A DNA stretch of 32,000 bases from Candidatus Methanosuratincola verstraetei (GCA_049570475.1 CP186953.1:349393-381392), one strand, 5' to 3'. Shown: positions 1 through 7,910, numbered from the stretch's first letter. Program-made: numbers and translations. Notes: generated by a model not told the origin, from the letters alone.

Positions 1-84
1 GACGAATTCGGAGGATGGCCCGCAGACTGTTGCAGCGGCGGCGGTTGGGAGTATAACGAATACGAAGGGGCACTTACGCGCTAG
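1..84 (+). CDS. possible 3' end of a gene entering the window (27 codons ending in TAG at 82-84)
   Basis: Frame 1 is open from position 1 (DEFGGWPADCCSGGGWEYNEYEGALTR*). There is no other support, and it is too short to judge. Confidence 0.2.
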   Translation, partial: DEFGGWPADCCSGGGWEYNEYEGALTR

Positions 85-98
85 GCACTTACGCGCTA
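69..98. repeat. perfect 15-bp tandem duplication (ggcacttacgcgcta x2)
   Basis: Read directly: positions 69-83 are identical to 84-98. The repeat lies between the putative incoming ORF end and the 3' end of the minus-strand ORF 123-611. Confidence 0.9.
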
Positions 99-122
99 AA
101 TGGAAATAAGAAAAATATTTTT

Positions 123-611
123 TCAATCTCCCTCTTTATTGCAGCGGCATCTGAAAGATCCAAGTATCTTCAGCGCGTTATCCTCGAACGAATTTTCGTT
201 GTTATAGTACTCGTTGAAGAGCAGGTATCTCCTGTTCCACGTCTCGCAAAAGGCTATTAGCCCGATAATGCAGTGGTGGAGCTCTTTTGTGAATCGCTTC
301 TTGGTTGAATACGCTATTTTATGGAAGTGAGCAGGGTGGTTAGAGTCCGTGCCCGGCCAATTGAGGATCTCCGTCTTGATCCCAACGAGATCCCGGTCAT
401 TCTCAATTGCCTCAACCTTCTCCTTGAAGAAATCCTCTGGAGAAGAATAAACCTTCTTGAACTCGTCAAGGTCATCCCAGAAAACAGTAACTGTGTGCTT
501 GAAATGGTCCGAAATTTCCAGATCTCCCTTGAAGTAAAGCGAGCCCTTGGTGATTGAGACGAAATACTCCTTCGGAACATCCAATTCAATGCCGTAGATC
601 GAGAGCAGCAT
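123..611 (-). CDS. hypothetical protein (162 aa), no family recognised
   Basis: ATG-initiated uninterrupted ORF. It is visibly more AT-rich than its neighbours (hand counts give about 43-45% G+C) and prefers AAA/GAA codons. Confidence 0.5.
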   Translation of the reverse strand: MLLSIYGIELDVPKEYFVSITKGSLYFKGDLEISDHFKHTVTVFWDDLDEFKKVYSSPEDFFKEKVEAIENDRDLVGIKTEILNWPGTDSNHPAHFHKIAYSTKKRFTKELHHCIIGLIAFCETWNRRYLLFNEYYNNENSFEDNALKILGSFRCRCNKEGD

Positions 612-654
612 AAAAAATTACCCACAAAAAAAGGGGGGTTTACAGTCTTATACT

Positions 655-1095
655 TTACCTTCTCGTGATGAGAACGTCGCAGTGCGCGTTCTTAGAGACA
701 TACTCGGCTACGCTGCCAAGCAGGGTTCTCTTGAGGCCGGTCATACCCCTGGAGCCTATGACGGTCAAGGCGCATCCCTGCTTCTCTGCCTCGGCCACGA
801 AGCCAGCACCGACGGTGTTCCACACCGGCACGATCTTGGTCTCTACTACCTTTACGCCCTCTTTCTTTGCCCTCTCCGCGTACTGCTTCAGGAGGGGCTC
901 CATCCTTTCGGTAACCTCTTTCGGCACTGTTGGCGGATAGGGGGGTATGTCTCCGAGTAGACCGATTGCCGGGGGAGCATAGATGGTCACTATCAGAAGC
1001 CTTGCGTCGTACCTCTTCGCCATGTCCATTGCTGTCTCGAAAGCCGCCTCTGCAGGCTTGGATCCGTCTACACCTACCATTATTGTCCTGTACAT
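655..1095 (-). CDS. universal stress protein (UspA family)
   Basis: The N-terminus MYRTIMVGVDGS and the C-terminal GSRGMTGLKRTLLGSV...CDVLI match the typical USP ATP-binding pattern. The 146-aa length also fits. Confidence 0.85.
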   Translation of the reverse strand: MYRTIMVGVDGSKPAEAAFETAMDMAKRYDARLLIVTIYAPPAIGLLGDIPPYPPTVPKEVTERMEPLLKQYAERAKKEGVKVVETKIVPVWNTVGAGFVAEAEKQGCALTVIGSRGMTGLKRTLLGSVAEYVSKNAHCDVLITRR

Positions 1096-1243
1096 TTTTC
1101 ATCACTTTGGATTAATATTTAGCCGTAAAGGGTTATTATAGTTTAGCATCGCGTAGCATTTCAAACCCCGTCTGGATGTTTTTCTTGTGGAAAAAATGTT
1201 AATGATTTATACAGCAGCGATCAAGATAATTTTGGTGTGATCT

Positions 1244-1726
1244 ATGGAGATCAAATTGGTCCAGGTGAGCGTCCCGCAGGGATCGAACATAGTGATAGGC
1301 CAGACTCATTTCATTAAGAGCATTGAGGATCTCTACGAGGTGATGGCGACGCATGCCCCGGGCGCAGAGTTTGGTATCGCGTTCGCTGAGGCCTCAGGGC
1401 CATGCCTAGTAAGGCGCGAGGGGAACTGCGAGGATCTGGAGAGGGCTGCTGCGGACGCATGCATGAGGATTGGGGCGGGGCATGTCTTCGTTCTGATCAT
1501 GAGGAAGGCATACCCGATAAGCGTGCTGAATGCGATAAAGTCGGTCCAAGAGGTATGCAACATATTCTGCGCAACCGCAAACCCGCTCTGGGTAGTCGTC
1601 GCTGAAGCAGAGGGGAAAAGGGGGGTGCTCGGCGTGATAGACGGCGATCCGCCCAGGGGCGTGGAGTCGGACACGGACATGGAGAGCAGGAAGGAGTTCC
1701 TCAGGAGGATAGGGTACAAGCGGTGA
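1244..1726 (+). CDS. adenosine-specific kinase family protein (PF04008-like)
   Basis: 160 aa. The segments GQTHFIKSIEDLYE, FAEASGPCLVR, GAGHVFV, NAIK..EVC.I.CATANP and RKEFLRRIGYK match the conserved archaeal family as I remember it. GGTG lies 7 nt upstream of the ATG. Confidence 0.7.
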   Translation: MEIKLVQVSVPQGSNIVIGQTHFIKSIEDLYEVMATHAPGAEFGIAFAEASGPCLVRREGNCEDLERAAADACMRIGAGHVFVLIMRKAYPISVLNAIKSVQEVCNIFCATANPLWVVVAEAEGKRGVLGVIDGDPPRGVESDTDMESRKEFLRRIGYKR

Positions 1727-1830
1727 ATCTGTGTCCCATAAACTTTATTTATTCGTTGGAGGCTATTTACAAGCGTAGTTTTTGGAAGCAGGAAACAAAC
1801 ATCTGGATTCCCGAATGCGAGGTCTTGGAA

Positions 1831-2193
1831 TTGAGAAACCTGCCGCAATGCAAAGCGACCTGCCAGTTTTTCAGGTGTGGCCAAAGGGCCCTGTACATAA
1901 AATCGAGCGCCCCCCAGCAGAGAGGTTTCCGGAGCAACCCTTGGGAGCAGAGAGGGAACAGGGATGGGACCCCATTCTGCAACTGGGTTGGGGACGTATG
2001 CGTCGTAGCAAGGTGCAACTACGCCTTCTGTGAGAAGAGGGCGCTCCTGCCCAACGGCACCTGCGGGCTCCAGGAGAGGGAGAGCGCCAGACCGGCGAGG
2101 AGCATAGAGGAGGAGGCAAGGAGAGAGGAGGAAGCCCTGAGGGTAGCCAGAGAACGGCTCCTCAAGAAGACCGGGCACGAATTCATCGAATAG
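1831..2193 (+). CDS. cysteine-rich hypothetical protein with a charged helical C-terminus; start uncertain (TTG 1831, or GTG 1723)
   Basis: The frame has about 73% G/C at codon position 3 over 1861-2040 by hand count and uses host-like AGG/ATA/AAG codons. The opposite-strand ORF scores worse. There is no ATG in frame. GAGGT (1819-1823) lies 7 nt before TTG 1831. GTG 1723 overlaps the upstream TGA (GTGA). Confidence 0.4.
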   Translation: MRNLPQCKATCQFFRCGQRALYIKSSAPQQRGFRSNPWEQRGNRDGTPFCNWVGDVCVVARCNYAFCEKRALLPNGTCGLQERESARPARSIEEEARREEEALRVARERLLKKTGHEFIE

Positions 2194-2932
2194 GCTTCTG
2201 CCTGGAGCATACAGGGCAACCTTCATCCTTTTTTATTGCGATCTCGTCGAAACGCATGAGCTCGCCGTCATAAATTATAAGCCGCTCAATAGCTGGTTTC
2301 CCAATACCGGTTATCAGCTTCAGCGCTTCGGAAGCCTCCAAGGATCCTATTACGCCGGGCGCAGTGCCGACAACGGGGAAAGCCTCGGCAGGGGCGGATG
2401 CCGAAGGATAAATGCACCTGAGGCACGGACCCTCACCAGGGACGATTGTGGTCAAGAAGCCCTCCATGCCGTAGACTGCCCCGTAAACGTACGGTATCCG
2501 CAAGGAAACGCAGGCTTCATTGACGATGAATCGCGACTGCAGGTTGTCGAGACCGTCGACGACAACGTCTATGCCTTTCAGGAGCTCCGCCACATTATCA
2601 ACGGTGAGCGCTTCGTTTACAGGGTCGACTGCTATCTCAGGGTTGAGCTGGGTCAGCTTCATGGCTGCGGACTCTACCTTCGGCCTCCCGAGGTCGGTGC
2701 TCCAGTGGAGGATCTGCCTGTTTAGGTTGGAGAGGTCGACCGTATCGCAGTCGATTAGGCGCAGGTAGCCGACGCCTGACGCAGCCAGGTAGAGGGAAGC
2801 AGGGCTCCCGAGGCCGCCTACCCCTATTACGGCGACCCTCGCAGACTTCACCTTCAGCTGTGCCGCCTCGCCCCAACCCTTGACCATAATTTGCCTGCTG
2901 TAACGGATCTTTTCGCTTTCTTTGAGGCCCAT
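2183..2932 (-). CDS. ThiF/MoeB/UbaA-type E1-like adenylyltransferase
   Basis: RYSRQI, the GVGGLGSP nucleotide-binding motif, DLSNLNRQ, and two CxxC pairs (CLRC, CPVC). The start is set at ATG 2932 (MGLKESEKIRYSRQ). The longer ORF to 3025 would run through the tRNA-Cys promoter. Confidence 0.85.
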   Translation of the reverse strand: MGLKESEKIRYSRQIMVKGWGEAAQLKVKSARVAVIGVGGLGSPASLYLAASGVGYLRLIDCDTVDLSNLNRQILHWSTDLGRPKVESAAMKLTQLNPEIAVDPVNEALTVDNVAELLKGIDVVVDGLDNLQSRFIVNEACVSLRIPYVYGAVYGMEGFLTTIVPGEGPCLRCIYPSASAPAEAFPVVGTAPGVIGSLEASEALKLITGIGKPAIERLIIYDGELMRFDEIAIKKDEGCPVCSRQKPIR

Positions 2933-3003
2933 CTGGGATACCCAATACACTTCTCTGCGATTGCCTAAATATGCCATTCCGATATGCCCACTTGCACGGA
3001 TAA

Positions 3004-3018
3004 GAAAAAATAAATAGT
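3004..3018 (+). promoter_or_regulatory. TATA-like box (aaaaaataaatag) for tRNA-Cys
   Basis: An AT-rich TATA-like element centred about 27 nt upstream of tRNA position 1 (3043), which is the usual archaeal spacing. Confidence 0.45.
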
Positions 3019-3042
3019 TATGCACGGAGAATCTGATTCCGT

Positions 3043-3118
3043 GCTAGGGTGGCTGAGTGGTTTAGGCGACGGGCTGCAGACCCGTTTCACTGGGGTTCAA
3101 ATCCCTACCCTAGCTCCA
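3043..3118 (+). tRNA. tRNA-Cys: tRNA-Cys (anticodon GCA), with encoded CCA
   Basis: Folded by hand. Acceptor GCTAGGG/CCCTAGC. Anticodon stem ACGGG/CCCGT with loop CTGCAGA (U33, GCA at 3076-3078, G37). Five-nt variable loop. T arm TGGGG-TTCAAAT-CCCTA. Discriminator U73, as expected for Cys. CCA at 3116-3118. Confidence 0.95.
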
Positions 3119-3127
3119 TGGTGATTC

Positions 3128-3316
3128 TTGATGAGCCTCTCCGAGAGCGTGGACGGGATAATGAGCGAGATGGTAGCTTTGAAGCAGATCCTGAGGAGGA
3201 CAGCACCAGCACACAGGCTGACGGACGCGGATAAGGAAAGGGTCGGGAAAGCCCTCGCGAGGTGCGAGGTCCTGCTCAAGAGCATAAAAGAAGAGGCCGG
3301 TGTTCAGCTGCCTTGA
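3128..3316 (+). CDS. small helical protein (62 aa), candidate SepCysS-associated N-terminal-helix/adaptor protein
   Basis: Strong host-like codon usage (AGG, ATA, high GC3). It starts 9 nt after the tRNA CCA. Its TGA (3314-3316) overlaps TTG 3313 in the SepCysS frame. No family was recognised from the sequence alone. Confidence 0.6.
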   Translation: MMSLSESVDGIMSEMVALKQILRRTAPAHRLTDADKERVGKALARCEVLLKSIKEEAGVQLP

Positions 3317-4518
3317 GGATCCCACAAGAGAGGCTTGAAAAGTACAGGAACCTGAAGAGGGAGTTCTCAGAGGAGGATCATGTCAACCTGCAGCCGATAC
3401 AGAGGGGAGGCGTACTAAGCGAAGAGGCGATGCGGGCTATAATCGAGTTCGGGGACGGTTACTCGACCTGCGACTGGTGCCCTCCCAAGTCAGCCCGGCT
3501 TGACATGATCGAGAAGCCTCCGATCAAGGACTTCTACAACGACCTGGCGGAGTTCCTCGGCATGGATCTTGCGAGGGTGGTGACCCGGTGCAGGGAGGCG
3601 AAGTTCATTGCTTTCAGGATGCTGGGAGCCCCGGGGGACTACGTTGTGGTCGATGGGCTCGCGCACTACTCTTCGTACATAGCCGCTGAGCTGGCAGGGC
3701 TTAGGGTCAAGGAGGTCCCCGTTGGAGGTCCGCCCGAGTACAAGGTTGACCTGAATGCCTATGCGGCTAAGATTGAGGAGGTGAAGAGGGAGACAGGAAG
3801 GCTTCCAGCGGCAGTGCTCCTGACTCACGTCGACTACCAGTACGGCAACGTCAACGATGCAGAGGTGGTCGGGAAGATAGCCCGGGACTACGGCGTGCCG
3901 TTCATACTCAACTGCGCATACAGCGCCGGGGTGATGCCCGTTGACGGGAAGAATGTGCAAGCTGACGTGATAACCGGGAGCGGGCACAAGAGCTGGGCTG
4001 CGAGTGCGCCAACAGGGATCCTCGCGCTGAGGAAGAGCCTAGAGGAGAAGCTGCTCAGGAGGGCATCCATCCAAGGCGACCTCACGAGCAGGAGCTTCGT
4101 GTCGAAGGAGCTTGCCCTGCTCGGTTGCACAGTGATGGGCGCGCCGCTTCTGACGCTAATAGCCTCCTTCCCGGCGGTGGTTGAGAGGGTCGAGAAGTGG
4201 GACGAGGAGGTCCAGAAGGCCAGGTTCTTTGTCGGGGAGCTCGAGCGCATCCAGGGGGTCAAGCAGGTCGGGGATCGCCCCAAAAGGCACACGCTCATCC
4301 ATTTCGAGACCGAGCCATTCTTCAGGGTCTCCCAGAGCCACAAGCGCAAGGGGTACTTCCTATACGATGAATTGAGGGCAAGGAAGATAGTCGGGATTCA
4401 GCCGGGCTTGACAAAGCACTTCAAGCTCAACACTTACGGGCTCACCTGGGAACAAGTGAGGTATGCAGCCCAGGCTTTCCTGGAGATCGCCGAAAAGTAT
4501 GGGCTGGAAGTGAGGTAG
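3313..4518 (+). CDS. pscS: O-phosphoseryl-tRNA(Cys):Cys-tRNA synthase (SepCysS)
   Basis: It follows the A. fulgidus SepCysS sequence as I remember it throughout: LQPIQRGGVLSEEA, GDGYSTCDWC, REAKF, HYSSYIAAE, GSGHKSWAASAPTG (PLP lysine), KRWDEEV-like VEKWDEEV, and GIQPGLTKHFKLNTYGL. The start could be TTG 3313 (TTGA coupling) or ATG 3262. Confidence 0.9.
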   Translation: MRIPQERLEKYRNLKREFSEEDHVNLQPIQRGGVLSEEAMRAIIEFGDGYSTCDWCPPKSARLDMIEKPPIKDFYNDLAEFLGMDLARVVTRCREAKFIAFRMLGAPGDYVVVDGLAHYSSYIAAELAGLRVKEVPVGGPPEYKVDLNAYAAKIEEVKRETGRLPAAVLLTHVDYQYGNVNDAEVVGKIARDYGVPFILNCAYSAGVMPVDGKNVQADVITGSGHKSWAASAPTGILALRKSLEEKLLRRASIQGDLTSRSFVSKELALLGCTVMGAPLLTLIASFPAVVERVEKWDEEVQKARFFVGELERIQGVKQVGDRPKRHTLIHFETEPFFRVSQSHKRKGYFLYDELRARKIVGIQPGLTKHFKLNTYGLTWEQVRYAAQAFLEIAEKYGLEVR

Positions 4519-4528
4519 GAGCGCTTAA

Positions 4529-5194
4529 TCAAAAACGCTTTATCAGATCTTGGGGGTTCCTGAAGACCACCTTTTCTGCTTCAGCTTCCGAGAGCCCAGC
4601 GCCGCGCGCAACCAGCAGCGACATCTCGGGCGTGAGGTGATCGCCGACGGTATGGGCATCGGAGTCTACCACGAGTGATGCGCCCAGCTGCATTGCCAGC
4701 CTCGCCACGCGGCCGTTGCCCAAGCAATGCCCGCCCCTGTAGGAGAGCTCGAGAAAGACGCCGTTGTCCTTAGCTGCCAGCACGTCCTCTTCGGCGACGA
4801 GACCTGGATGCGCAAGGATGTCAACGTCCGAACAAAGGCAAGCAGCCCTGTTTGTGCCAGCCTCCACTGGCTCAACAGGGGTCTCGCCGTGGACTACGAC
4901 GACCTTAGCGCCGAGCCTCTTCGCTTCTCGGGCCAATACTGGGATGCTCGCGGGGGGCACGTGGGTAAGCTCGACGCCCGGCACCAGCTCGAAATCTTCA
5001 AGATACCTGGAGATCCCCTCTGAAGCCCGCCGCAGCGCATTGACTACCCATTCCAGATTTGAAGCGTCGGCGTGGTCCGTGATCGCAATCAGCCTGTTCC
5101 CCAGCACGCGGGTCCGCCTCGCTATCTCCGCCGGGAGGAGGTCCCCATCGCTGTAGAAGGAGTGCATGTGGAAATCGCAGATCCGCCTGTCCAT
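4529..5194 (-). CDS. PHP-domain metal-dependent phosphoesterase
   Basis: DFHMHSFYSDG, ITDHAD, HGE, AHPG and DSDAH are the canonical PHP His/Asp motif series. Length is 221 aa. Confidence 0.8.
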   Translation of the reverse strand: MDRRICDFHMHSFYSDGDLLPAEIARRTRVLGNRLIAITDHADASNLEWVVNALRRASEGISRYLEDFELVPGVELTHVPPASIPVLAREAKRLGAKVVVVHGETPVEPVEAGTNRAACLCSDVDILAHPGLVAEEDVLAAKDNGVFLELSYRGGHCLGNGRVARLAMQLGASLVVDSDAHTVGDHLTPEMSLLVARGAGLSEAEAEKVVFRNPQDLIKRF

Positions 5195-5333
5195 GGTGGA
5201 AATAAAATGCCAGACCGCTAATATAGTTTGCCAATAAAAATCGGAATCGAGGGGAAAGCCCCGTCAGTAAGCCATGGCTGCCAAACAATATAAATGACTC
5301 CGGCTTGACTATGAGAGGGAAAGGTGCCAGGAG

Positions 5334-6464
5334 ATGGAGAACTCGGATTCGATCGTGACCCCCTGGGAAGTGAGGGGCGAGGTCGATTACAAGGAGCTCA
5401 TTGAGAAATTCGGGGTCGATCCGCTGACGCCTGACATAGTGGAAAGGCTTAGGAGGCATGCGGGCGGGCTCCATGTGCTGCTCAGGAGGGGGATGTTCTT
5501 CTCCCACAGGGAGCTCAACGAGTGGATCGACTCTTATGAGAAGGGCGTAAAGGCAGTCCTTTATACTGGCAGGGGGCCGTCAGGGAACACCCACTTGGGG
5601 CACCTCATCCCATGGCTCTTCACAAAGTACCTGCAGGACGCTTTCAAGTGCGACCTCTACTTCCAGATAACCGACGACGAGAAGTTCCTCTTCAACCCCG
5701 AATTGTCCACCGATCAGGTGGCGGAGTATGCCAAGGAGAACATTCTCGACATAATAGCGGTGGGGTTCGACCCCGAGAGGACCAAGATCTTCACCAACCT
5801 GACGTACTCCAAGCCGCTGTACAACATGGCCGTCAGGGTAGCCAAGCACGTCACCTTCTCCACTGCGAAGGCGACATTCGGGTTCTCTGAGAGCTCGAAC
5901 ATAGGGATGATCTTCTTCCCAGCCATGCAGGCCGCCCCGTGTTTCATCCACCAGTACCTGACCTCCGAGGACGCGCACGTGCTGATACCTTGCGCGATTG
6001 ACCAGGAGCCATACTGGAGGATCTCCAGGGATGTTGCGCCCAAGCTGGGCTACAGGAAGCCCGCCGGGGTCTACAGCAAGTTCATACCAGGGCTCGGTAG
6101 CGGCGGCAAGATGAGCGCTAGCATCCCGGACACTGCCATATTCCTCTCAGACACAAGGGAGGAAGCGGTCAGGAAAGTTAAGAATGCATTCACCGGTGGG
6201 CAGCCGACGATAAGGGAGCAGAAGGAGAAGGGAGGCAACCCGGACGTCTGCGTTGTGTACAGCTACCTTTACAGCCTCTTCGACGAGGACGACAAGGCCG
6301 TTGCCGAGACTTACGCTTCCTGCAAGGCAGGCGGGCTGATCTGCGGGGAGTGCAAGGAGAGGCTGGCAAGAAAGGTGGCTGAATTCCTCGAGGACCACAG
6401 GGCACGGAGGGAAAGAGCCAAGGGTTCTGTGGAGAAGTTCCTCCTAAGGGAGTGGAGAACTTGA
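5334..6464 (+). CDS. trpS: tryptophanyl-tRNA synthetase (archaeal/eukaryotic type)
   Basis: TPWEV, YTGRGPSGNTHLGHLIPW (HIGH-like), QITDDEKF and the GKMSAS (KMSKS-like) motif. A TATA-like ATATAAAT lies about 40 nt upstream. Confidence 0.92.
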   Translation: MENSDSIVTPWEVRGEVDYKELIEKFGVDPLTPDIVERLRRHAGGLHVLLRRGMFFSHRELNEWIDSYEKGVKAVLYTGRGPSGNTHLGHLIPWLFTKYLQDAFKCDLYFQITDDEKFLFNPELSTDQVAEYAKENILDIIAVGFDPERTKIFTNLTYSKPLYNMAVRVAKHVTFSTAKATFGFSESSNIGMIFFPAMQAAPCFIHQYLTSEDAHVLIPCAIDQEPYWRISRDVAPKLGYRKPAGVYSKFIPGLGSGGKMSASIPDTAIFLSDTREEAVRKVKNAFTGGQPTIREQKEKGGNPDVCVVYSYLYSLFDEDDKAVAETYASCKAGGLICGECKERLARKVAEFLEDHRARRERAKGSVEKFLLREWRT

Positions 6465-6889
6465 GAAAGAGGCAATCAATAATCCTGGCTTTGGCGGTGC
6501 TTGTTCTGGCACTGGTGGCGGCGGCTGCGGCAGCTTTGTTGGCACCGAGGCCCGGATTCCCGGGGACAAAAGCGATACTCGACCACCCTCAGATAAATGA
6601 GGCTGTATCAAGCGGGAAGGGCACAGTCTTGTACTTCTCTGCCCCTAATTGCCCGGGGTGCATGCTCCAGGATGTTTCTATGGATGCAGCTTATTCAGAG
6701 TACAGCCAGGAAGTGAATTTCATCTACTTCAAGAACTCCAAGGGATTGGCAGGCGTGTTTGGGGACTGGTCGGTCTTTAAGGTGCCGACATCAGTTTTTA
6801 TAGACAAGGATGGTCTCGTGGTCAGCAGGTACGACGGGGTCTATTTGGATTTCGAGAGCCTAAAAAAGGAAATAGAGAGGATAAGGTAA
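6452..6889 (+). CDS. membrane-anchored thioredoxin-like protein (CPGC active site)
   Basis: An N-terminal hydrophobic anchor followed by FSAPNCPGC and a thioredoxin-fold-like remainder. The start is GTG 6452 or TTG 6461 (TTGA overlap with the trpS stop). Confidence 0.7.
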   Translation: MENLRKRQSIILALAVLVLALVAAAAAALLAPRPGFPGTKAILDHPQINEAVSSGKGTVLYFSAPNCPGCMLQDVSMDAAYSEYSQEVNFIYFKNSKGLAGVFGDWSVFKVPTSVFIDKDGLVVSRYDGVYLDFESLKKEIERIR

Positions 6890-7506
6890 TGGATCCGTTC
6901 CAGATTGCCTTCGCCTTCTCGCTTGGCTTTGCAAGCGCGGCCACGCCGTGCGTCTTGCCCATCGTGCCGGGATACCTTGCATTTGTGTTTGGTTCGGATA
7001 AATCCGATCTGGTTAGGGGATCGCTAGTCGTTTACTTAGGCGTCATGGCAGGCGGGACTTTGACTGCAGCAGTAATCGGGTTGGCTGGGGAGGCCCTGGG
7101 CGGCAAGTGGTTCCTTGGCGCCTCAGCGGTGATAATTTCATTGGTCATAATAGACTCGATTTTCACGCACAGACTGAGAACAGTGCCGGTTGGGTTTTTG
7201 AGGGGAAGGAAGGGCACAGTAGCGGGATTCCTTTTTGGCATGCTTATCATGCTGATTGCCGCGCCTTGCATCCTACCTCTGCTGGCTGCGCTCTCAATAT
7301 ACGCCTTAACCTTGGAAGAGATCGCAACAAGGTTCGCGATTCTGATGGCATACTCAGCCGGTCTAGGGTTGCCATTCGTCTTAATGGGCGCATTCGTGAA
7401 TGCGGGCAAGAGATTGATTAGGATCTCGAGGTGGTCGAAGGCTGTTCAGGCTTTTGTGCTCTTCGCGACCCTCGCATGGATCCTCTGGTCCCTTCTGGCT
7501 GCCTAG
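6889..7506 (+). CDS. ccdA: CcdA/DsbD-family thiol:disulfide electron-transfer membrane protein
   Basis: A polytopic membrane protein with the two signature motifs ATPCVLPIVPGY and AAPCILPLL. Its ATG overlaps the upstream TAA (TAATG). Confidence 0.8.
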   Translation: MDPFQIAFAFSLGFASAATPCVLPIVPGYLAFVFGSDKSDLVRGSLVVYLGVMAGGTLTAAVIGLAGEALGGKWFLGASAVIISLVIIDSIFTHRLRTVPVGFLRGRKGTVAGFLFGMLIMLIAAPCILPLLAALSIYALTLEEIATRFAILMAYSAGLGLPFVLMGAFVNAGKRLIRISRWSKAVQAFVLFATLAWILWSLLAA

Positions 7507-7736
7507 GGCGATCCCACAAGGGTAGTCGACTGTATTGATCCCGGTACTCTCCTTATCTGGGTCACTATCTCGTCTAGCGCATTCAGGTCGTCGACCTCGA
7601 GCCTTATGAAGACGTCAAACTCCCCATAAACTGCCCTGCACTCGGTTACGCCCTTGAGCTTCTTGATCTCCTTTATTATCTCGTACTCCTTGCCCGTATC
7701 GGTAACCAGGAGCATATACGCAATCACGCCTGCCAT
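7503..7736 (-). CDS. stand-alone Lrp/AsnC ligand-binding (RAM) domain protein (about 77 aa)
   Basis: The pattern IAYMLLVTD.GKE..I.KEIKKL.GV.E...VYGEFDV....EV.D...L is typical of the family. The start is set at ATG 7736, preceded by AGGGGG. The longer ORF to 7802 is unlikely. Confidence 0.7.
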   Translation of the reverse strand: MAGVIAYMLLVTDTGKEYEIIKEIKKLKGVTECRAVYGEFDVFIRLEVDDLNALDEIVTQIRRVPGSIQSTTLVGSP

Positions 7737-7910
7737 TGACAATACCCCCTTCAGATTAGTCGCATAGTTCTTTTTTAACCCTTCCGTCTGGACTTCCCTC
7801 ATAGGGCTGGAAACAGAACAAGCAGGCTAAGATCGATGGAAGCGCATTCTAGGTTAAACAGGAAGCAATATCAAAAAGCAAAAAGCACATAGAGACAGGG
7901 ATGGGCAAGA

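Noticed and set aside
1333-2226. 297-aa minus-strand ORF covering the adenosine-kinase-like gene and the 1727-2182 gap
   Set aside because: It would fully overlap a recognisable plus-strand gene. Its third-position G/C (about 47% by hand count) is poorer than that of the plus-strand frame (about 73%).
2933-3025. 31-codon N-terminal extension of the E1-like gene
   Set aside because: The extension is AT-rich and non-coding-looking (MHNYLFFLIR...). It overlaps the tRNA-Cys TATA region, and the family's conserved N-terminus starts at ATG 2932.
3129-3194. Possible C/D-box sRNA (UGAUGA at 3129-3134, CUGA near 3190) right after the tRNA
   Set aside because: The spacings between the putative C/D' and C'/D boxes do not fit the approximately 12-nt guide rule. 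The UGAUGA is simply the ATGATG start of a frame with strong coding signal.
4998-5507. 169-aa minus-strand ORF bridging the PHP/trpS intergenic region
   Set aside because: It overlaps the 5' ends of two well-supported divergent genes and the AT-rich promoter region between them. It has no coding signature.
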